Below are positions 53,690-64,000 of a DNA stretch of 64,000 nt, in pieces. The translations under genes were made by a program, and so were the position numbers. Position 1 is the stretch's first letter. Each line of letters begins with the position of its first letter. A model generated the notes under the pieces. That model was not told where the DNA came from, searched no databases, and saw nothing but the letters and a program-made list of their open reading frames with translations. This DNA comes from Octopus vulgaris (lineage: Eukaryota): positions 12,028,001 through 12,092,000 of the forward strand of contig OX597820.1 in NCBI GenBank assembly GCA_951406725.2, in the 5' to 3' direction.

Positions 53690-54800
53690 TACTAAGCTCC
53701 GACAGAGATACGCAGCAGATCATGACAGATAGCCTATAGAGAGTGGAAGCGAAGGCAGGGCTGTGGATTGGCGCTGAAGAGACCAAAGCTACGTAAGTTG
53801 GTGGAGCCCAAACACAACTTGTCAATCGCGGACAAGGCGAAATCGAGTACGTCAATAAGTTTATTGATCCAGGAAACTGTATTTCCATTGAGGGTGGTGC
53901 AGAAGGTGAAGTCAAGACCAGGATAGGTAAAATAATGTTAGTGTTCCAACGCCTTCAACCTTCAGTAAAAGATAGAGCTGCAGCTATACCCATCCATTGG
54001 TATACCTATTTCTTTACTACTCACAAGGGGCTAAACATAGAGAGGACAAACAAGGACAGACAAACGGATTAGGTCGATTATATCGACTCCAGTGCGTAAC
54101 TGGTACTTAATTTATCGACCCCGAAAGGATGAAAGGCAAAGTCGACCTCGGCGGAATTTGAACTCAAAACGTAGCGGCAAACAAAATACCTATTTCTTTA
54201 CTACTCACAAGGGGCTAAACATAGAGAGGACAAACAAGGACAGACAAACGGATTAAGTCGATTATATCGACCCCAGAGCGTAACTGGTACTTAATTTAAC
54301 GACCCCGAAAGGATGAAAGGCAAAGTCGACCTCAGCGGAATTTGAACTCAGAACGTAATGGCAGACGAAATACTGCTAAGCAGTTGGCTCGGTGTACTAA
54401 CGTTTCTGCCAGCTCGCCCCCTTATCCATTGGTATACCAACAAACATCTACGCTTTTGAACCTGAAGGAAGACAGGGAAGATCTCTCAGTTGCTGGATGG
54501 GTTCCATCGGCACTAGCCTACGTTCAATGATGGGCATCTCTTACTGGGATAGAGTGAGAAATGAAGAGGTGAGGAGAAGAGCTAGCATGAGAGGTTTGCA
54601 GGACATTGCAGGATTAAGCGGCGCGTACGGTTTACTGGTCATGAGCTTCGTTTACCGCAAGAAAGACCTGCTATTATCCTGATGGAGTAGATATCGGGGG
54701 AGAGAAAGGAAGGAGAGGAAGACCAAGGAAGACGTGGCGCAGTACGCTGCGGGAGGACATGAATTGGTCCGAATGGAACGAAAAGGAAGGCAAGTAATGG
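53690..54800 (+). pseudogene. Degenerate RTE-clade LINE ORF interrupted by a SINE A dimer
   Basis: IEYVNKF..GNCIS..EVKTRIGK; LRSMMGISYWDRVRNEEVRRR; RFTGHELRL..RGRPRKTW. Confidence 0.78.
54007..54423 (-). mobile_element. SINE A dimer
   Basis: 15-bp TSD ATCCATTGGTATACC at 53992 and 54424. Confidence 0.92.
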
Positions 54801-55124
54801 GGATGTTTGGGGAAGGCTCGTTACTCGTTGTGCATAGTATGTATATGTGTGTGTGTGTGTGTGCGTGTGCGTGTTTGTGTGTATTTATATGCATAGATAT
54901 ACACACAGACATACATACAGGTACGTGCATACGCACATATTAAGACCACACAAACACGTGTATAAAAACAGAAGGTATGAGAGGAGAATATATATTTATT
55001 TAACCACACGACTTGGTATAACCATGATTATCTGGTTATACCATGAACTGAGAAGCTCGCTTTCTTGTTTTGCATTAATTTGTGAATATGCATTTGTATT
55101 GTATTATGCTGCATATATTCATTC

Positions 55125-55410
55125 TTTTCTACTCTAGGCACAAGGCACGAAATTTTTCGGGAGGGGACCAGTCGATTACATTGACCTCAGTACGCAACTA
55201 GTACTTAATTTATCAACCCCGAAAGGATGAAAGGCAAAGTCAACCTCGGCGGAGTTGGAACTCAGAACGTAAAGACAGACGAAACATTGCTAAGCAATTC
55301 ACCCGTCGAACTAACGTTTCAACCAGCTCGGGGTTGATAAATTAAGTACCAATTGCGTACTGGGGTCGATCTAATCGACTCCCCGCCACCAAAATTTTCG
55401 AGCCTTGTGT
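55125..55410. mobile_element. SINE A with the alternative tail (minus) followed by an inverted partial copy
   Basis: CACAAGGCACGAAATTTT..GTACTTAATTTATCAACCCCGA is mirrored by TCGGGGTTGATAAATTAAGTAC..AAAATTTTCGAGCCTTGTG. Confidence 0.75.
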
Positions 55411-55448
55411 ATACATGTACATCATATGTACATATATGTGTGTGTATT

Positions 55449-55482
<34 letters not shown>

Positions 55483-55638
55483 TGTATGTATGTATGTATG
55501 TATGTATGTATGTATGTATGAATGAATGTATGAATTTGTATGAATACACTCATACATACACATATATATCATACTCAATATACTCACAGAGAAGAAGGAA
55601 AGTGCATGATGTGAGAAAAACAGAGAGAGAGAGAGCGA

Positions 55639-55675
<37 letters not shown>

Positions 55676-56079
55676 TGTGTGTGTGTGTGTGTGAGTGAGA
55701 GAGAGAGTGAGAGAGTGGGAGAAAAGCTAAGGGAACGAGAGAGGGAGAACGAGAAAGAGAACGTGAAGAAGAGAGGAAGGCTTACATACATGACATATGT
55801 CTATTGATAGAGATTTAATTGATGGCTTGATATATTACAAATACAGAATCTTTCACAGTTACAGGAAAAGTAAATGAGAATTTCATGTTCATGCCCAAGC
55901 GCCCAAATGAAGTAAAATATCTACAAAAGAAAATGGAAGGTGGAGCGCGAATTTTGCTGGCCAAAAAGTTCTCCACTTGAATAGTTATAAGAATGATGTA
56001 TTGAAGTAAACATAACGCATGGATAAATGGTTCGCCAAGAATGCGGAATTGTAAAAGTTGGCCAGAACAAATTTGGCTT

Positions 56080-56082
<3 letters not shown>

Positions 56083-56124
<42 letters not shown>

Positions 56125-56246
56125 CACGCACGCATACACACATACACGCACGCACGCACACACATACACGCACACACACACACATACAAGCACGCACGCA
56201 CACACATGCACGCACGCAAACACACACACACTCACATACATACACG

Positions 56247-56289
<43 letters not shown>

Positions 56290-56849
56290 GCACACATACA
56301 CACACACACACACACACGCACGCACACACACACACACGCACGCACGCGCACACATACACACACATACACACACATACACGCACACACACACACACATATA
56401 TACACACACAGATATGTATGTATGTGTGTATATATGTTTGTATGCATGTGTGTACGTTTGTATGTACGTATGTATGTTTGTATGTACGTATGTTTGTATG
56501 TATACATACATACATAGATATATACATACATACACACGCAGATATGTATGTATGTATGTATGTTTGTATGTATGTATGTAAGTATATATGTTTGTATGTA
56601 TGTATGTTTGTATCTATGTACGAATGTATATATGTGTGTAATGAATGTACGAATGTACGCATGTATGCATGTATGTACAAATCTATGTATGTACGTATGT
56701 ATGTGGATGTGTGTGTAAGAATGTATGTATGTATATGTACGGACACACACTCATATACATAGATATGCATATATATCAGTTTTCGCATATATTTGTGTGT
56801 GTGAGTGCGCGTTCATACATGTTTATAAATATATGTACACACTTATGTT

Positions 56850-56883
<34 letters not shown>

Positions 56884-57067
56884 TGTATGTATGTATGTAT
56901 GTATATATATGTATATGTTTATATATATATATATGGGTATGTGTGTATACTATATAGGATTTACATTTTTACACCTATATATATCTATATATATACACAC
57001 ATATATATATGCAAGTATGTATGTATCTATGTAGCTGTCTATCTACACACATGCGCACACCCACACT

Positions 57068-57114
<47 letters not shown>
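56083..57114. repeat. Long compound (CA)/(CACG)/(TATG) microsatellite region
   Basis: Direct reading. Confidence 0.93.
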
Positions 57115-57117
<3 letters not shown>

Positions 57118-57314
57118 TATGCCTTTAATTTAGATTAAGTCTGCAGTGTCCATCTCCTCGTAAAGTCCATTTCTAACACATTAACAGAATCTGTTACCAC
57201 GATTTCACTCTATTGAACATTACATCAACTTCACTCAGGAGCAGTTCATTTAAGCAAAGATACATTATTACATCTCTTACTATTCCATGATATAGCAGTT
57301 AGCATTAGTATATA

Positions 57315-58090
57315 CAAGGTGTTCTGGATAAATTTGACCGTTTGCGTAAAAAGTGGTTGTGAGGGGGAACGCAATATCTTAATAAAAGTATTTTTGAAAA
57401 TAATTAAACTATATCAACTAGGTTATGATTGGGGGAGTTTACTCAGAGTAGCCGCCCTCAGCTTCCACCACGGTCTCAAGACCGCTCCACCACGGCTTCT
57501 AAATCACGGCCTCAAGAAGCAGGCGTCCCTCATTGTGTCCCTTGGAAGATCTTCAAACATTCCCTTGATCTTGGACTCCCCTTCGGCCTTGGTATTGCAA
57601 GCAGAGCTGTAGGTGTCTTTCTCCACCGCGCTCCACACATAGTAATTGATGTGATTACAATCAGGGGAAGTAAGGGGCCAGAAATTGGGGCTGCTGAAGT
57701 CGTAGAAATACTCTGACAACCACTTCTGACTCTTTCCGGAGGTATGACAAATATCCAAATTCTGCTGCCAATCATATGACATTCCAGCAACAACCTTCTG
57801 CAGTCAGGGCTTGACTACAGTCTCCAGCAGCTTCTCGTAGCCGTCTGAATTAAAGCTTAAAGCCCTGTTCAAAGATGTGAGGCAGCATGGGGTGACCCTC
57901 AATGGAGACACATCCAAAAACCATCACAGACTGGCGGGAACTTGGTTCACACGGTGCCCATGCTACATCTTTACAATGTTGACAGAGCGTTGAACAGCAG
58001 TCATGATGTCGGCATTTTCATACCCGTTGCGGATCATTATGATACAGGTAACTTTTTTCCGATATTCAAATGGCTTCCAGCCCTCCATGT
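57315..58090 (-). mobile_element. Deleted Tc1/mariner element, maT/DD37D-like transposase remnant
   Basis: WQQNLDICHTSGKSQKWLSEYFYDFSSPNFWPLTSPDCNHINYYVWSAVE (37 residues between the two catalytic positions); N-terminus MEGWKPFEYRKK at 58088; one TA-flanked end at about 57315. Confidence 0.78.
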
Positions 58091-58520
58091 CAACTAACTT
58101 CTCAACTACAACCTAAATCTTTATGCTCTCCAACGCCGTTGACTGTTCACCTATATATCAAGCAGTTACTGAAGACAAGAGACATCATCAAATGTAGCGA
58201 GAATAGCCCGAATTCATAAAGTCTAATGTGTCTGAATTTTCATCACGCTTCCAAAGACAAAATCCATTTCTTCTTTCAATCTTTTGTCTTTTATCTTTAA
58301 TCTTTTAATTGTTTCAGTCATTGCACTGCAATCATGCTGGTACTCTAATTTCAAGAGCTTCAAGTGTAAAAATAAAAAGAAAAAACGAAGAAAATGTCTA
58401 TTTTACTTTGTAAAAATCCAAATCACATTTTTCGAGGAGATCGTAACAGTAATGCTGCTGTTTAAGCAAACCCATAAATGATAGACAAGTAGATTATTAT
58501 AATACATAGTAAAACAGCTA

Positions 58521-59041
58521 CCGTAAACCCTTGAGTAGAGTCCGCCCTTGAGTATAATACGCAGGGGATTTTTAGGGGACTGTACCTCTGAAAAACATAA
58601 ACCTTGTGTATAATACGCACCCCTTCTCTAACTTGAGTCAAGGAGGTCTATATAACGTCCTTAGTTTGTAAAAATGTATATGATAACATCCTTTATTATT
58701 AATGGATATATAACATAATGCAAACGTGTAGCTTTTTTGTGCATTTTGTTTGCAGAAAATAAGGAAATAACAGTAATAACAGTAATAACGTTTAATAAAT
58801 GTTGCTTATTGCAAGTTATGGATGATTCTTTTATGACTTCATTGCTTTCAGGCTTAGCTTCAGGTATTTTCGCGCCCGACATCACAAAATGCGTCTGAAT
58901 AACGATTGCCGGACAGCAAAAAGCGTCTCGGACATTGCTTAGAAAATAATTTTCATTTTTAACCTCGTATATAGTAAGCACTAGGGATTTTGACCTTTAA
59001 ATTTGGGGAAAAAAATGCGGATTATACACGAGGATTTACGG
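58521..59041. mobile_element. pogo/Tigger-like MITE
   Basis: TA-CCGTAAACCCTTGAGTAGAGTCCGC ... GCGGATTATACACGAGGATTTACGG-TA. Confidence 0.82.
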
Positions 59042-59697
59042 TATGTTGGTCTTTGAAACTCTAAAAAGAAATTCCAGCGGACATTTGAAATGAATCAAAA
59101 TCAGTATCATTTCTATAAAAACGGTTAGGGAAGTTCTCTCGATCGAACTTCGAAGAAGACGAGCTATTGGCGTGTGAAACACCTAAACATTTCACATTTC
59201 AGTGTGAAGCTGTTGTGCCAACAAGCTACGTTCGTTGAGATGAAATATGCTACTTTAAGCAATAAAATCAGTTAGAAAGATAAAAAAAGAAAGAAAAAAA
59301 TGTACTGTAAATAACATATCAGCTCAGTATATTCTGCTGCCAAGAAAATTGCAGCATACATGACCCATGTTAAAAACAAAACTGATTACAACACAAGTAA
59401 AACTGCTGCTATCATTACACGAACACACGAACAAAGAAATTGGAGTGAAAGGATATAAACTTGGAGAAGCCCTCATCATATCAGCCGAATGTTATACATT
59501 GGTACATATCCTGCAGCGTAGAGGAGAACAACGACATTGACAAAAAGAGGAGTCTCTCCTAGACTTGTGGTTGAGACATATTTCAACTGCACAAACCGGA
59601 GTAGTTTCCTAAATCCGTGATGAATTAAAGCGATAAAGATGTCTCTAAACCACCACGCAATGATAGAAAATGTCGACGGATCCACAACTTTATACAA

Positions 59698-60186
59698 CGG
59701 TGGTTCTCAACCGGGGTCCATATGACTTCTCTGGTCCATGTAAGATTAGGGAGAAGGGGTCCACGCAAGCTCAATAGTAAAATGAGTCCATGAAAAAATT
59801 TCTCTGATGTTTTACATAGTTCGCCCTACACAAGTGAATGTGTGATAAATAAAATAAGTATTTTGAAAGAAGTCTCTATAAAACTATAGAGAAGTACTTG
59901 CATAGCAAGTGACCTGATCTGAGATCGTGTGCTGGAACGAAAACAATTGCAGCGTGGAAGGTGTTTATAAGCCATTTAAAAAAACACAGAAAAACCGTTA
60001 GATTCACTTCAACATTTAAATTTAATTTGTCAAAATATTTTCGTCGCTTTGAGACCGCGACCTGTTCACTGACAAAACCCCGTGCTGTGTTCAATAAAAC
60101 TAGTTTTAAACATCGAATAGCTATGGGTGTCCACCAAAATGAAATAATAACCAAAGGCCGTTGATAAGAAATTTTGAGAACCGCTA
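59698..60186. mobile_element. hAT/Charlie-like MITE hosting a PLE fragment
   Basis: Termini CGGTGGTTCTCAA / TTGAGAACCGCTA; no clear 8-bp TSD. Confidence 0.55.
59887..60093 (-). mobile_element. PLE-like tail with G3:C8 hammerhead motif (60026-60076)
   Basis: Same family as 9584-9878 with an identical ribozyme core; flanked by the 9-bp direct repeat ATAAAACTA. Confidence 0.78.
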
Positions 60187-60619
60187 GCAGAGAAGGCAGT
60201 GCCATCATCATCAGCTTTCCTAATACGTCTGCAGGTACTACCTTCTCATGAGAGATGGTATCGTTGTCCAAACTATTTACAATGCAATCCACAGAAAAAA
60301 TCGACTTGACTGCCATAATGGATGCACTCAAGGCAATCTTAGTGGAGTATTCGAATAACAACAGCAATCCGGTGCAAGACTTACACACCTGATATTATTC
60401 TATGAGCTAGAGAACAGAAGTCATACACTGTTGTAGAGCTTGGCTGATTTTACGTCCAATATTCGAGTGTAGTTTAAAGTGTAAAGTGTTTTCTGGTGGT
60501 TTGTATGCATTTTTAACGATTGTCAATGAACTCGAAACGAAGGTCAAATTCATGTATTTGTGTGTGTTAGTGTACATGCGTGTCCACGTGCGTTGGTGCG
60601 CCTATATGTATACAGCTCT

Positions 60620-61031
60620 GGCGAGCTGGCAGAAACGTTAGCGCGCCGGGCGAAATGCTTAGCGGTATTTCGTCTGTCGTTACGTTCTGAGTTCAAATTC
60701 CGCCGAGGTAGACTTTGTCTTTCATCCTTTCGGGGTCGATAAATTAAGTACCAGTTACGCTCTGGGGTCTATATAATCGACTTAATCCGTTTGTCTGCCC
60801 TTGTTTTTCTTCTCTGTGTTTAGCCCCTTGTGGGTAGTAAAGAAATAGGTATTTTGTCTGCCGCTACGTATTGAGTTCAAATTCCGTCGAGGTCGACTTT
60901 GCCTTTCATCCTTTCGGGGTCGATAAATTAAGTACCAGTTACGCTCTGGGGTCGATATAATCGACTTAATCCGTTTGTCTGTCCTTGTGTGTCCTCTCTG
61001 TGTTTAGCCCCTTGTGGGTAGTAAAGAAATA
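60620..61031 (+). mobile_element. SINE A dimer
   Basis: Head plus two body-tail units; junction AAAGAAATA|GGTATTT at about 60848. Confidence 0.9.
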
Positions 61032-61045
61032 TATATATATCCATC

Positions 61046-61116
<71 letters not shown>

Positions 61117-61459
61117 ATGATTATGCACATGCACTGACACACACACATACAAATTGCAAAATGCTGTAAGATATAAACGTGAGAGGGAGAGATTGAAGCC
61201 TGTGGCGAGGAAGAAGAGAAATAAGGAGGGAGAAATATAAAGTCAGAGATTGAAAGAATCACGTGGCAAATTCATCAATTATTGATTTCTGACATTGACA
61301 CCAGGTCAGAGATTTTGGGGGAATGGAAGAACATTTCTGAATTTGACATTTATTTGATTTTTCTCGACCCTGGAAGGATTTAAGGTATAGCTGATCTCAG
61401 TGGGAAATGAACCTACAAGGGCTTATCAAAATAGTGCAGCGGATTTTATAATAAAAAAA

Positions 61460-61796
61460 ATAATAATAATGAAATTATTGTATACAGTGCTCAGGTGCAC
61501 CACAACTTGTCAGAAAGTGCGTATAAAGCATATGCAGTAATGTACAAATGTCTGGAAGGTGAACAATGTATGAGTCCAGGTGTAGTGTTGGCAAATCTCA
61601 GAAAGCATGAGATTATAGTAACCCTTTTCTTACTATATTTAGGCTATTATTTCTAGCATATAGAGTGACCACATTGAGGTCTCCTTCCCCCATTTCTTCT
61701 GCTCATTATTTTTCTTCTTAACCCTTTCCTTACTATATTTAGGCTATTAGTTCTAGCATATAGAGTGACCACATTGAGGTCTCCTTCCCTCATTTC

Positions 61797-61857
<61 letters not shown>

Positions 61858-61890
61858 AATTATTGTATACAGTGCTCAGGTGCACCACAA
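61460..61890 (-). repeat. Two LINE-like 3' tails ending in (ATT)n around a 100-bp-period tandem duplication
   Basis: ATGAAATTATTGTATACAGTGCTCAGGTGCACCACAA at about 61469 and 61853; duplicated block at 61621 and 61721. Confidence 0.65.
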
Positions 61891-62378
61891 GCGCTACTAA
61901 GTGTGACAGTCCGCGGTTCTCTGAGATGCTGAAATATTAAAATATATAAATACTGGAGCGAAAGAAAACGAATAGAGAAAAATAAAGTAGGAACAAAGGA
62001 GAGCAGCCTGACAGGAAATGAATGAAAAATAAAGAAATGTTTGTGAGAAAGGAGAGATACAAAGAACATATACACACATAAAAGCATGCATACATAGACA
62101 TATACTTGCGCTCACACACGCACTTGTGAATGCGTACTACGTGAACATATATGTGTGTATGTGTATGTGTATGTATATACACAATGCACACACACACACA
62201 CACACACACACACAGGCACACAGACACACACATACACACACACACACCTATTCGTGCATCGTGTAAAGTCACATTTAACACGTTCGACCACGTTGAGTGA
62301 CACCGCACGAATATGTTTTCTTCAACACTGCATTGTGCGACTTTATGTGTGTGTGTGTATGTGTGTGTGTATGTGTGT

Positions 62379-62416
<38 letters not shown>

Positions 62417-62719
62417 ACAAACAGACTATACATGCGTATTATAAATATATATATATATATGTATATGTATATGTAGGGAGGGAGGGAGAGAGATAGAGAT
62501 AGAGAGAACGAGAGAAAGACAAGGAGGAAGAATGAGGGACAGAGGGAGAAGTGATGTAAACCAGAAATATAAACAGGAAATGATGTATAGATGATAGAGC
62601 GAGAGAGAGAGAGAGAGAGAGAGAAAGGGAGGAAGGGAGAAAGGGAGAGAGAGAAAGAATGATATATAAATCAAGAGAAAGTGAGAGTGAGAGAGAGAGA
62701 GAGAGAGAGAAACAATTGC

Positions 62720-62750
<31 letters not shown>

Positions 62751-62839
62751 CATATTGAATGATAATGTATGTGAGTGTGAAAATCGAAAAAGATAGACTA
62801 TGTATGAAATAGAGAGGGGGAAGAAAAGGTTGAAATGAA

Positions 62840-64000
<1,161 letters not shown>

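Noticed and set aside
59876-60388. 170-aa ORF
   Set aside because: Runs across nested hAT and PLE fragments, so it is a chance open frame.

Overview
AT-rich, microsatellite-dense animal DNA that looks intergenic or intronic. The repeat families and composition suggest an octopus (coleoid cephalopod); this is an inference. I found no intact host protein-coding gene, rRNA, genuine tRNA or CRISPR array, and most track ORFs are microsatellite artefacts. The window is a mosaic of transposable elements: a full-length but inactivated DD34D mariner (1935-3208); DD37D, DD41D, pogo, hAT and piggyBac derivatives; four non-autonomous Helitrons; at least four tRNA-derived SINE families, one forming head+(body)n arrays; 3' fragments of Tx1, R4/Dong, CR1/L2 and RTE LINEs; and many Penelope-like (PLE) remnants forming palindromes, one encoding a GIY-YIG endonuclease. 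Main signals: (1) a panel of minimal type I hammerhead ribozyme motifs in the PLE arms in which the C3:G8 tertiary pair is replaced by U3:A8 (two families) or G3:C8 (one family); (2) a SINE whose tail matches a (TATC)n-embedded Tx1 LINE and which multimerises at a fixed site in its own head; (3) a tRNA-headed SINE with a hammerhead-bearing PLE tail; (4) a piggyBac derivative with nine tandem STAT/ETS-like motifs; (5) an inverted-repeat-bracketed telomeric array. Coordinates and RNA folds were read by eye and may be off by a few bases.
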